From Takakia lepidozioides (taxonomy: Eukaryota; Plantae; Bryophyta): a DNA stretch of 64,000 bases. Position 1 is the stretch's first letter. Each line of letters starts with the position of its first letter. The stretch lies in contig CM060734.1 of NCBI GenBank assembly GCA_030704615.1, forward strand, positions 41,106,001 through 41,170,000, in the 5' to 3' direction. Made by a program: the position numbers and the translations under genes. The notes under the pieces are model-generated. The model did no database searches, was not told where the DNA came from, and saw nothing but the letters and a program-made list of their open reading frames with translations. Positions 38,265 through 50,011 of this stretch are shown here, piece by piece.

Positions 38265-39042
38265 AGAAATTGACGACGTCCGAAACGTGGCGACGATAGG
38301 TGGCGACGATGACGTGGCACTATGTCACCCTATTCCTACTCTACACTAAACTAGCTCTCGACCTTCGGTCGTCGCTAGAATTAAATGCAGGCAATTCCAA
38401 ACCCTTCATTCGCCCCGGAGGCTTATTTATGCTAACTTGGGTTGGCTTTCTCTTGTGCCAATGTTGTGTTTTTTGGAATAAACTTGAGAGAGTATGAGAG
38501 TACCTACTTTGGAGAGTACAATCTAAGAAATTAAAGGGGACAATGGCCCTTTTAATAATCAAATTAAATAAAAGAGGAGTCTCAACGTCTCAACATGTCA
38601 CACTACTTGTCTAGCTCCGTTCCCTTTCTTACATTAAAAAAAAAAAAAAAAACCAACAGTCAGTAGCTCAGTTGGTAAAGTGCACTGAGTGCCATCCGGA
38701 CGACCTTGGGGTCAAATCCTGCGACTTGACGGGTGTGGTATGCTCTTCTCCCCTTTCTTCGCAGTGTCGCATCGAAAAGCCTTACGACGAGGTTACTCAG
38801 AGGTTATTTTCTCCTCTCTCTATCAAGGGGCCTGATTTGTGAGCTGTTGCTCCCTGGTGTTTCCCTTTAAAAAAAAAGAAAAAAAAAAAAAAACCCAACT
38901 ATTATCTAATACTAGCGACGACCAAAGGTCGAGAGCTAGTTTAGCGTGGAGCGTGAATAGGGTGCCATAGTTCCACGTCATCGTCGCCACATCATCGTCG
39001 TCAACCACGTCATCATCGTAAGCCATGTCATCGTCGTCATTT
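38265..39042. mobile_element. Inverted pair of ~110-130 bp Helitron-3'-end-like (or MITE TIR) sequences
   Basis: 38300-38383 (GTGGCGACGATGACGTGG...CTAAACTAGCTCTCGACCTTCGGTCGTCGCTAG) is inverted at 38907-38990. Each copy ends in a CGACC-TTY-GGTCG hairpin followed by CTAG. Confidence 0.65.
38653..38893 (+). mobile_element. tRNA-derived SINE (family A), full length
   Basis: CAACAGTCAGTAGCTCAGTTGGTAAAGTGCACTGAGTGCCATCCGGACGACCTTGGGGTCAAATCC..., ending GGTGTTTCCCTTT plus poly(A); inserted in an A tract. Confidence 0.88.
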
Positions 39043-39968
39043 CTGTGTGTCGGTTGTAATGAACTCGGAGAGACATGTGCTACCCCAGCAGCCTTGGAGC
39101 AGGGCAGACAACTTTACGGGAAGATCATTGAAGCAGGGTTGGAGTGACTTTGACAAGTGACTGCCCGATGTGGCAGCAGGAGAGCAGGCACAATATTTTG
39201 AAGGCCGATTCTTCAAAAGACGGGACTCAGGGACAAATCTTCTTCTGGTGGGTTTTCCATGTTTTGTTGTTTGTTGCAAATCCTGCTTGATTGAGTATCC
39301 TGGCATCACTCACATAGAGATAAGGAAAAAATCTTGATAATCTCCCTAGAATGGAAGTTGGATGCCAGTATAGTGAGTGTCTTGTTCTTCAGACTTAACA
39401 GTGGGCGTATTTGTCAGAGTAAGCAAGCACTAGCGTGTCCGGCATGACTCTTTCATGAAGATGACAGCTTGTTCTTGGAACATGCAGGAACAGTTGGCGA
39501 ATCTTGATAAGGCCACGTCTCCAAACCAGCCCTGCCACGGTGGCTTGTGGTAGTGCCAAACCTACCTCCAAACTTCCTTCACTGAAATTGTGACATATTC
39601 CCTTTTCTGGTTTGCCCTTCTTTTGTGTGTCTCCCTGCGAATTCAGCAATTGTCCTATGCACATGTCAGTAGTCTGTACAAAAGTTTCTTCCTTCACCCA
39701 TATAGCAATGTAGGCTGGGTCCTTGTTGTCATCTGTTATTGTATTAACTCTGCAGAGTGAGAAAGAAAAGTCACAAAGTACTAAAAGAGACCAAGCTTCG
39801 AAATCAATTTTGAAGCATGAGCCATCTCTTGTTCTCAATTCTTGAATGCACCAAAGCCTTGTTGAACCAGTCAGGCCACTGGATGTACAAAAGCACTACC
39901 CACATAAGACTTCTCAACTTCCTTTTCTGAGGTCAGAAGCCTCAGGTAGAAGCCCTCTGGGTCACGAC

Positions 39969-40008
<40 letters not shown>

Positions 40009-40020
40009 TGTGGGTGCAAA

Positions 40021-40633
40021 ACAGATAACAGAGATGAGGAGAAGCTTTGGAATGAACACTTTTCCGACCCGAGTCACTGGTGGGACAATGGAGACAAAAA
40101 GGTGAATGCCTGTTGGACTACAAAGAGAAGCAGATGAAATTCAGATTTGGAACTACTGTAATAAGTAGGGTTGGGATGTCTGTTGGAAGAACTTCATGCC
40201 GTCAGTCCTAAATTTCCATGTTGAATTCTGCAAGTTAGCTGGCTGACTGAATCTAGTTTGGAGTGACTTTGACATGATATTGCCAATGCGATAACATGAA
40301 AGTATCCGAGGAGAGGGTGTGGAATGAATACTTTTCTGCCCCCAGTCAATGGTGGGACAACAGAGGCAAAACGTTGAATGCCTGCTAGAGAGTAGTAGAC
40401 GCAATTCAGCATAGGAACGAGTGTGATTGGGTGTTTCCTAGAACAAATCTAGGCTGTCATTGTCAGCTGCTAGCAGCAAGGGCAAACATGAATGTATGAT
40501 TTGTGCAGAGGCATGGATAGCTGAAGGAGAAGGGATAGAGTGTGGGTCCAGATATCCAAGAGGGCCAGATTTCAAGCACAAGATTACGTATGATTTCCTA
40601 TGGATCAATAGCTACAAGAAACCTCATATTTGA
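40021..40633 (+). pseudogene. Fragments of an OSB-family (organellar ssDNA-binding) PDF-motif gene
   Basis: 40021-40101 reads EEKLWNEHFSDPSHWWDNGDKK followed by a GT donor. ~40309-40375 reads EERVWNEYFSAPSQWWDNRGK. 40550-40633 reads RYPRGPDFKHKITYDFLWI. These match the OSB PDF motif LW..FF..P..WWDNR..K...PDFKHK...LW. Confidence 0.8.
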
Positions 40634-40789
40634 AAAATGGGGCACATTAGATGTGTTAATATTTCACTGGAGATTCCAGTTCCTCGGACACCTGACTATC
40701 AGTGGGAACAGTCGCTCCAAAACTACTAAGGTGATGCCCGCAACAGTTTAACACCATACAAATTGAGCAACTTAGGATAATGTGAGTGT

Positions 40790-42166
40790 GCACCTACTTT
40801 GTCACATGGTGCACATGTTCACCAGGGCAGTGTACAATTCCAGCTTTGATGATGTCACCATGGACCTCTTTGCCCTTTCCAGGGCTTCCAGGCTTGCACA
40901 GGCATTGCAAACAGAAACAAACGTGATGTGGTCAGGCTTCACCCCTTCCCCCATCATTTGCTCATAGGTTTCCAAAGACTCCATCACGCGCCTTTGCTAT
41001 GCATACCCTGCAATCATCGCACTCCACCAAATCTCGTTCAACCATACTGTCAAACACTCCCTCCGCATCCTCGATGCACCCACATTTTGCATACATATCC
41101 ACAAGGGTATTGTTCAGAATCACATCTGGTACAGTTCCAGCTTTTGCGATGCAACCATGCACCACTTTGCCCTTTTCCAAGGCTGCCAGGCTTGCAAATG
41201 CACAGACCTGATGTGGTCGGGCTTCACCCCTTCCACCATCATTTGCTCACACGTCTCCAAAGCCTCCATCCCGCGCCCCTGCTGTGCATACCCTGCAAGC
41301 ATCGCATTCCACGACACCACATTTCATTCAACCATATTGTTGAACACTGCCTTTGCATCCTTGATGCTCCAACATTTGGCATACATGTCCACGAGGGCAT
41401 TGTTCAGAATGACATCGGGTACAATTCCAGCTCTGACAATGTCGAAGTGGGCCTCTTTGCCCTTTTCCAGAGCTGCCAGGCTTGCACACGCATTGCAAAC
41501 ACACACAAACGTGATGTGTTTGGGCTTCGCCCCTTCCCCCATCATTTGCTCATAGGTCTCCACAGCCTCCACCCCACGTCCCTGCTGTGCATACCCTGCA
41601 AGCATCGCGCTCCACGACACCACATCTCGTTCAGCTATATTGTTGAAAACTGCCTTGCATCCTTAATGCACCCACATTTGGCATACATGTCCACTAGAGC
41701 AGTGTTCAGAATGACATCTGGTACAATTCCAGATTTGACGATGTCATCATGAACCTCTTTCCCCTTTTTCCAAGGCTCGCACATGTATTGCAAACACAAA
41801 CGAACGTGATGGGGATGGGCTTCACCCCTCGTGTGCACCTGCTTTCCAGCTTCAAGGCCTTTCATCTTGATGCACTTATGCAAGAGACAGACATACGTAT
41901 CTGAATCTGCTGAAATTCCTCCTTGGTTTAAAGTCTGTAGATCCTCTTTCAGTCTGCTTGCCTCACAAAGCATCTTCACATGTCCAGAAGTGCCAGAAGA
42001 GGCATTGTGGACTCCCTCTCTTGATCCTCTTCCAGAAGCTGTGGTCAGGGTTGAGGTGCATGATTTTATCAACTGTACCGCTGCAGCTGCTGCCTTTAAT
42101 TCCAGAGTTCCCATGGGGTTAAGGCTTCATGAAGGCACTGCTAATGAAGGCCCTTCTTCAACACAT
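40790..42166 (-). pseudogene. 5' half of a PLS-PPR pseudogene (transit-peptide region plus P-L-S repeats)
   Basis: VKMLCEASRLKEDLQTL...ADSDTYVCLLHKCIKMKGLEAGKQVH is a typical first PPR motif. It is followed by frameshifted [14 protein letters not shown]...ALVDMYAKC units. Confidence 0.9.
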
Positions 42167-42256
42167 TTCACCCTGTTTTTCCCTCTAATCAGAATCGGCC
42201 CTAAATTTCCATGTTGAATTCTGCGTGTTAGCTGGTTGAGTGAATCTAGTTTGCAG

Positions 42257-42384
42257 TGACTTTGACATGATACGGCCAATGTGACAACAGGAAACTATCC
42301 AAAAACAGGTAACAGAGATGAAGAGAAGCTGTGGAATGAATACTTCTCTGACCCCAGTCAATGGTGGGACAACCAAGGCAAAAG
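42257..42384 (+). pseudogene. OSB PDF-motif exon fragment (another copy)
   Basis: TTTGCAG acceptor at 42250-42256, then GNRDEEKLWNEYFSDPSQWWDNQGK and a GTGAAT donor. Confidence 0.75.
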
Positions 42385-42404
42385 GTGAATGCCTGACAGA
42401 TTAT

Positions 42405-44382
42405 CAGATGTCATTCTGAACACTGCCCTGGTGGAAATGTATGTCAAATGTGCGTGCATCGAGGAAAGGGGGTGCTCGAAAGTATGGCTGAATGAGATGT
42501 GGTGTCGTGGAGTATGATTGCAGGCTATGCACAACAAGGGTGCGGGATGGAGGCTTTGGATACCTATGAGCAAATGATGTACGAAGGGGTGAAGCCCAAC
42601 CATAGAACGTTTGTTTTTGCTTGCAATGCATGTGCAAGCCTGGGAGCTCTGGAAAAGGGGAAAGAGGTCCATGGTGACATCGTCAAAGCTGGAATTGTAC
42701 CAGATATCATCCTGAACACTGCCCTGGTGGACATGTATGCACGGGATGGAGGCTTTGGAGACCTATGAGCAAATGATGTGCGAAGGGGTGAAGCCCAACC
42801 ACATAACGTTTGTTTTTGTTTGTAATGCGTGTGCAAGCCTGGGAGCTCTGGAAAAGGGGAAAGAGGTCCATGGTGACACTGTCAAAGCTGGAATTGAACC
42901 AGATGTCATCCTGAACACTGCCCTGGTGGACATGTATGCAAAATGTGCGTGCATTGAGGCTGGACTTGAGGGGGATGTCCCTGTGGGGACTGCCCTTGTC
43001 AACATGTATCGCAGGTGTGAGAGTTTGACGGATGCCACCCGAGTATTTGACGTGCAATGCCCAAGCGAGATGGGCTCTCACGGACTGCTATGATTGCAGG
43101 ATCTGCTCAGCATGGTCATGGTCTTTTTAACTCTTTCAGCGCATGCAAAGAGAAGGCATGAAGGCGAATATTGTCTCCTTTATTAGTGTCCTCAACGCTT
43201 GTGCTGGCCCGGAGGCTTTAGAACGGGGCAAGCAGCTCCTTGCCAGCATCATCAAAGCTGAATTTGAGTCAGATGTTGGACTCGGGAATGCCCTTGTCAG
43301 TATGTATTGCAAGTGCAGGAGTGTGATGGATGCACTCAATGTGTTTGACAGAATGCCTAAGCGAGATGTGGTCTCATGGACTGCGATGATTGGAGGATGT
43401 GCACAGAGTGGTCATGGTGAGGAGGCTTTCAAACTCTTTCGACAAATGCAAAGAGAGGGTGTGAAGCATCTCTGGAACAGGGCAAGTGGGTCCATGCCTA
43501 CATTATCAAATCTGTGTGTGAGTCAGATGTCTACGTCAGGAATGCCCTCATTGATTTGTATACCAAATGTGGGAGTGTAGAGGATGCACGGGAGGTGTTT
43601 GACAAAATTCTTAAACCAGATGTGGTCTCATGGACTGGATGATTATAGGATACGCTCAGCATGGGCGTGGTCACGAGGCTCTCCAACTGTTTGAACTGGT
43701 GTGAAGCCAAATGAGGTCACATTTATTGGTGTTCTCTCTGCATGCAGCCATTTGGGCCTTGTAGATGAAGGTGGTCATTATTTTCAATCCATGTGTCAAG
43801 AGCATGGCATTACACCAACAGAAAAGCACTACACCTGCATGGTTGACCTCCTTGGCCGTGCAGGGCGCTTGGATGAAGAAGATTTCATTGCCAACATGGC
43901 ACTCAAACCAGGTGCTTCAGTGTGGGGGGCCTTGCTTGGTGCGTGCAGAATCTATGGAAATGTGGAGTTAGCAGAGTGTGCTGCAGAATGTATTTTCAAG
44001 GTGGAATCACAAGATGTATACATTTGCCGTTGGAGATAGATCTCACCCACAAGCAGAGGAGATCTATGATGCGTTAGAGAGATTGACTTGGCAGATTAAT
44101 GAGGCTGGATATGTGCCTGAGACACGCTTTGTGTTGCGTGATGTGGATCAGCAGATGAAGGAACAGACTCTTTACCACCACAGCGAAAAGCTAGCCATAG
44201 CTTTTGGGCTCATTAGCACACCCCCTAGGACCCCTATCCGCATCATTAAAAACCTATGTGTATGTGGGGAGTGCTGCACCAAGTTGATATCCAAAATTGT
44301 TGCACGAGAAATTATTGCAAGGGATGCCATTTGCTTTCATCACTTCAACAATGGGGTGTGTTCTTGTGGGGACTACTGGTAA
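42405..44382 (+). pseudogene. PLS-PPR-E-DYW pseudogene (3' part)
   Basis: Frameshifted PLS motifs, HYTCMVDLLGRAG and VWGALLGACRIYG. An internal deletion removes most of E/E+ and the PG box. The DYW domain reads GDRSHPQ...GYVPET...HHSEKLAIAFGLISTPP..PIRIIKNLCVCGEC...FHHFNNGVCSCGDYW*. Confidence 0.92.
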
Positions 44383-44559
44383 TAATCTCAGGGTAATACA
44401 GCAGCCAGAAAACACTCCAGACAGCTGTTTCACCTACCAAACTAAAAAATATCTTTCCCCAGGTATGTTACCCACCTTCTGGTAAGGCCTTAAAGTTCTC
44501 CCAAGGTTATTTCCCTTGATTTAATACGAGTTACCGCATATATATAAAGAATCAACCTT

Positions 44560-44792
44560 GTCCGGTGTGGTATGATCTTCTCCCCACCACCCCCCCCCGG
44601 GGTCCCATGAGCCTTGTGCTCAGTTAGTGATCCTGGGTTCAATCCTTCAACATGTGCCTTCAAACCGACCATTGGCCTCTAGATGGGCTGTGTTGAGCAG
44701 TAGGCTCTATAGATTCATTGGATATTAAAGAAAATTTACCTTTATCTTTATCAAAGAGGTTATTTTCTCCTCAAAGGGCCTGATTTGTGAGA
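44560..44792 (+). mobile_element. Truncated SINE-A interrupted by a second tRNA-like SINE (family B)
   Basis: SINE-A body pieces GGTGTGGTATGATCTTCTCCCC and AGAGGTTATTTTCTCCTC..GGGCCTGATTTGTGAG flank an insert (~44599-44752) carrying GCTCAGTTAG, GGGTTCAATCC and a (TTTATC)n tail. Confidence 0.6.
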
Positions 44793-44986
44793 AGTAGCTT
44801 CCCGTTTTTTCTTTTCTTTTTTTCCTTTTCTTTCTTTTGAAAGTCTTAGGTGTCTACCTATGGTAATGCATGACCCACCCCTTTTTGTGAAAATTGAACA
44901 TAGGTCTTAGAATTCGTCGCTAGTAGTGCGGAGCAACGCGAAGCCATAGTTTAAATAGAATTTTCGGTCACCAAGTTGTACAGCTA

Positions 44987-45059
44987 GCGCCTGTAGCTCA
45001 GTGGATAGAGCGTCTGTTTCCTAAGCAGAAAGTCACAGGTTCGACCCCTGTCTGGCGCG
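44987..45059 (+). tRNA. tRNA-Arg (anticodon CCT)
   Basis: Acceptor stem GCGCCTG...CTGGCGC, D arm TAGCTCAGTGGATAGAGC, anticodon arm TCTGT-TTCCTAA-GCAGA (CCT at 45020-45022), T arm ACAGG-TTCGACC-CCTGT. 73 nt, with TTTT just downstream. Confidence 0.97.
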
Positions 45060-46141
45060 GAGTTTTCACTCTACTACCTGTGGTTGCCCGATGAGAACAC
45101 GTTTCTTTTTCTTTTTGTCTTTTGTTGTCGTTCCGGTCTTTAGGGAAAGTATGCTTGACCTCTTCAGTGCCCTTCCTAGAGATCACTCACGCTGGTCTGC
45201 AGCAATGGGATTCAATATCGACAGCGCATCAACGAGCTCGAGGATGTCACTATACCCACCTGCTTCGTTTTCCATCCCATCTGAAAAGGTGCAGCGTTTA
45301 CTCATGTTCCTTTTCTTCGCGTCTTTGAGAGTGATAGAGACTGGAAGTCGAAACTTAACAGATAAGAAACAGGACAAGAGACAAGTTGAACAAGTTGTAC
45401 AAACAACTGCATCCATGTAGTATGTTGACATGATGTAAATCGGGCAGATGGACCCACAAAAACATGGCAGAATTCAACTGTGTTCATGTTCGACAATTTG
45501 TTACATTTACAACAACCCCTAATCATAAGGGGTCATCCCTACCTGTAAATTTGACCCACCTGCCAGGTGGTGCCTCTATCTTATCAATTTTGAGAGGTCC
45601 CTCACGACCATTTCAGCTTCTGTACGAGATCCTCTTTGACAGGTTTGTCTTGGTTAGACCAACACTTAGATAAATTTACAACTTGGCGAGAATTCTAAAG
45701 CAAGGTTCCCAATTCCCAATGCCAAAGGTGAATTCTAGCCCTCTGCCCACCAATCTCTGTGATGCATAGGAGCCAGATGATCATAGATTTACTGTAGAGG
45801 GCCAGTAGATGCATCAAATCCCCAATCGTCCCTAGCACAACACGCCCCCCCCTCTCTGTCCCCTAGCTGAACCAGGACAGAGTCCTCCCCGCTCTTTCCC
45901 CATCTTCAACAATTGCTGTCTTTGTCCACCGCCCAATTTGCTCTGCTGATATGTTCTGTCAGAGTGCCTGCAGCAACCCGCAGTTGCAACCCAAAATTCT
46001 GTACAACCTCTGGAACTTCTGGCCACAAAGATGTAATGTGAGAGCCAGCAAGGAGAGAGAGAAACTCCGGCAGGTGGGCAAGTCGGGTCACCACAGAAGC
46101 AGTCGAATCTGGTCCTGGAAGTGATTTGAATACCCAAGAGC

Positions 46142-49100
46142 CTACCAGGGGACTGTTTGGGTTCGTCGGAGACCACTGGAAGAGGCCACTGGTGGAGCAA
46201 TTGGCTCCAGAGAAACTATCTGCACATTTAGTACAGTAACTGGTTGGAGACACATTAAGAGTACATTACTAGAACAGCCTGAAATGCGTTCAAACCTCAC
46301 ATGCAACAAACATCTCCATCCCCATGCCAATAACCACAAGACACAAGAACCCCCGGAGGAATCTATGCCACGAGGGTGATATCTTGTGCCACTCTTTCCC
46401 TTGTTTTCTATGGGTACTGATATCATGCATTCTGCAGAGCATCCAGGAGTAGTTTTCTGCAAGCTTCACGCCTCCAGCCGAGCCCCAACATTCATAGAAG
46501 TCTTCTCTAAACAACAACACAACTTTGGCTTCTTAAGCAAAAGGAAGAAAGGTCTCAGAAAAGGATTAGAAATCCCACTTGCTTTGACCTCCTTTGTGCT
46601 GCCTCCTCCTGCAAGAAAACCAACATCAACAGACATGTCAAGTAAGTGATCCTGAATCTGGCACAACAGCACTGATGCTAGAGGCTACACAGCATCCAAA
46701 ACAACCGTGATATCTCATCTGCTTTAAATATTGATAAGGATTCAAATAGAAATGAGTAGCCTCTCTCAATGAAAGAGTCATTGGTCTCACTCCTGATGCT
46801 TTGCATTCACCATGGACTTCCCCAAAAGTGAAAGGGAGAGTGGAGGAGAGCGGCAAGTGCTAACAATATGGTTGCAAACATACAGGTTTTCTGGTGGATA
46901 CCTGCAGCTTCCTTATCTTCATGTTCTCTTCCTTCAGTTGCATAACCTCTGCTTCCAACTCCACAGTGTATGCCTAGATCCCCCCATAATAACAGACCAC
47001 ATATCTTGAATGTTAGGATCTTATCAATACATTTGAATAATGCTTACTTTAAGACAGTAAGGTTTTTATCTGACACAGTATATATGCTAGTGAAGATATG
47101 GAGATGATGCTCTTGCATCTCACTTTGAGGAATCCTGACACAAACTAGAACAGATGTAGGCCTTCTCAGTAGGGGGGGGTTGCCACTTCACCACCTGAGG
47201 GCACTGCATGAGGCGATACTCCTGCTCCAGCCTAAGTTTGGATTGGTAGAGGAAAGCAGGAATACTGATGCAACAAATGAAACCAAAAGCAATCTAATAA
47301 AATGATGGATGGATGGGTGTATAGTCAAATGCCTAAGATAGGTTTAAAGGTGCTAGAGTTGGTACTTAAACTTGCCTCGAATCAGAGCATGTGTGATGAA
47401 GAGCAAGCCTACTTAAGTAGTCAATTTGGCCCCCAGCTGGCAAACAAGGATTGCATGCCTGTGTGTGGTCGTCTGTTGGCATGCATGGAAAACAATCTAT
47501 AGGAACTAGCATTAATCTGTGGAACCAGTGGACCTCCAAATAGAGGAATATTGAAACAAGGCATGAAAACCACATGACAACAAAAACACTTATCATCACA
47601 AGAGAACACGAGGCCAGATGAAGCTAAAGTCAAAACAGTGATCAACCCAGAGAGTATGTGCCACCCACCAGTTCCTACCATCTCTGTGACTCTTTCAAAG
47701 AAAATTCCTGCATCATTCAACCAACACCAAAGCACATTGTGCAATTTACCTGCTTTCGAGCCCTTGACCGTGCAGCTGATTCCCGGTTCTTGATCATGCG
47801 CCGCTGACGTCTCTCAACCACTTTCTCTACATGTCCACCAACTCCAATTCTCTTCCGCCCTCGACCTCCCTCCATCCCATAGTTTCCTGGAGAAGATAAG
47901 CCATTGCCATGACTATCTGACACAGGACTCTGAGGTGACCCAGGCACAAGCCCCATACCTGTACCTCCGCCCAAGCCTCCTCCCAATCCCATTCCCAAGC
48001 TGCCCACCATCCCCGGACCCAGGTCTGAACCCATGGCCGGTCCCATCCCCATGCCACCCATGACTACCATGGGTCCGGCCCCATTTTGAACTGCCTTTGC
48101 TGTAGCTTCGGCATATGCAGCAGCTACTTGCTGTTGATGTTGAAGCATTTGATGTTGGGCAAAACCTCTCATCCAGTCTGCCTGTCAGCAGAAAACAGCA
48201 CATTGCAAAAAGTTATACAAAAGCACTTTTCCCAAGCCTCCAACATATTGTAACACCCAGTAATGGCACATTACAGCCCAAGTAGCTGTATATGCTGCAG
48301 GCACATCGCTGTGAAAGGAAGTAACTTTTATGTGTATGGATGATTTGTCTGGTGTCCTCCAAAGCCCACAGCATCCCAAAGAGTCCAATCATGCATACAC
48401 CAAACAAAAGAAAGCACAATGAAACTATAGAATGTTCTCCAGCATGCGCCAGATTTTAGCAAAGACATGGACTTTCACAGTCCACTGTAACCTTAGAATC
48501 ACCTGCTGTTGCTGGGAGACTGCTTGGTTCTTGTAGGCGTTCTGCATGGCTTCAAATGAGGCCTGGCTCGCATGCGCATTCGCAGGAGAAAGTGCGAGGA
48601 TCGGTGCGATGTCCGGGCCATTGCGGTCTTCTCCCTCCTGCATGTCTCTTTCTCTCTCTCCACCTCCAAGCGAACCAGACACCTGGATACCTGCCTCCAC
48701 ATCCTCTTTCACTACCCCCGCCTTCACTAGAAAATCTTCTAGTGTCATCTCCCCGAAGGTACCCTGGCCCTGCTGCTGCTCGCCTCCAGAGTTGTCCCTT
48801 CCGCCGCGTTGGTTGATGTCTCTCCAGACTTCGTCCACTGTTTTTCTAGTCAGAGTGCGCGGGAGCGCTAGGGCCCCCTGTCTCTGCAGGCTCAGCTGCT
48901 GGCCCAGGCTTGGACCGCTAGCACTGGTCCCTTCACCCATTGCCGCAGCCATAGCCTGGCTCTCTTCAGCAGTCCACATGTTCTTCACTAACTCGTCCAT
49001 ATTCATCGACCCAAAGTTCCTGTTAGGATCAGAAAATGTCTGGAACTCCTCCAGAGTCATATTGAAGACAGAATTCTGCCCTGCAGCAGAGCTGAATCTG

Positions 49101-49147
49101 CCTCCTCCGCTGGAATTCATAAGTCCGTTGCTCGCATGTACCTCCAT
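46142..49147 (-). CDS. Group-A bZIP, ABI5/ABF/AREB-like, 5 exons, ~418 aa
   Basis: Exons 49147-48503, 48181-47750, 46973-46902, 46608-46579, 46219-46142. C1 QNSVFNMTLEEFQ..FGSMNMDELVKNMWTAEE, C2 LQRQGALALPRTLTRKTVDEVW, C3 TFGEMTLEDFLVKAGVV, basic region RRQRRMIKNRESAARSRARKQAYTVELE, C4 LRRTQTVPW. Confidence 0.95.
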
Positions 49148-49825
49148 GGGCCGCTGGGATCTGTGACTGGGAGGCCGTTGCTCTATCCCACGCACGAGTC
49201 TTCTGAGCTATCTATCTCAAACACAACGAGCAGGTCCGACGGTGCCAACCAGAGCGACTTCAGTAAAGCTCGCCTTATCTAACACCCCCTAACAAACAAA
49301 TGTAGTCGGTGAATCTGAATGCACAACAGAAAAATTCTCAAAACAAATCCAGAGGTCGTGCAAATCCAAAATCAGTCCTAACATATTCAAACGTAGTCTC
49401 AACATAGTCCACCTGAACTGAATTCAAACCACAATCCCAAGAGTCCCAAGAGAAGAATTGCAGAAACGACCATCCTCTAGAAGAAAGGAGTGACTTCTCC
49501 GAACAGTGAGAAATTCAAAGAACAAATTCCAAAAGCAGCATTTTGATCTCTCGCAGCTAAGTAGTCGCGAGTCTCAGGTTGACTGCCAACCTCGGGAAGA
49601 TAGAAGAGGGAAGCATGCTTGGGGTAGGTGGCAGGAGCAATGGAAGCCAGCTTAGCAAGCAGGTTGGTCGTCCCCGCCCTCACGCTGCCTCGATCCGCGC
49701 TCTGTCGCCATGGCCCTCTCTCTCCGCAACCTTGGGCAGCTCCTGCGGGAGATCACACCCCTGGCTCTTGAATGACGCATCCCCCGGATGAACGTAGCAA
49801 GTACATGCACTGCGTCATCAGGCCG

Positions 49826-50011
49826 CCACGCGTCCCGCCCCCGATCCCTCTCTAACACGTGGCCAGTTCTGAACTAGTTACACGTAGGCGGTGGCCACGT
49901 AGTAGGCGTCAGAGCTGGTCAATTCTCTTGTACTATGTTGTTTTCACATTCCACTGTGTGTACAATCGAGTTGTCGGCGTTGAATCGCGCGTTCAAACCG
50001 CCGTGCACGTA
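49826..50011. promoter_or_regulatory. ABRE/G-box and CE3-like cluster upstream of the ABI5/ABF-like gene
   Basis: CCACGCGT 49826-49833, ACACGTGGC 49855-49863, ACACGTAG 49880-49887, GCCACGTA 49894-49901, GCACGTA 50005-50011. Confidence 0.6.

Noticed and set aside
38660-38730. Possible tRNA gene (TAGCTCAGTTGG...GGTCAAATCC)
   Set aside because: No proper cloverleaf; it is followed by a conserved body and poly(A) in several copies, so it is a SINE head.
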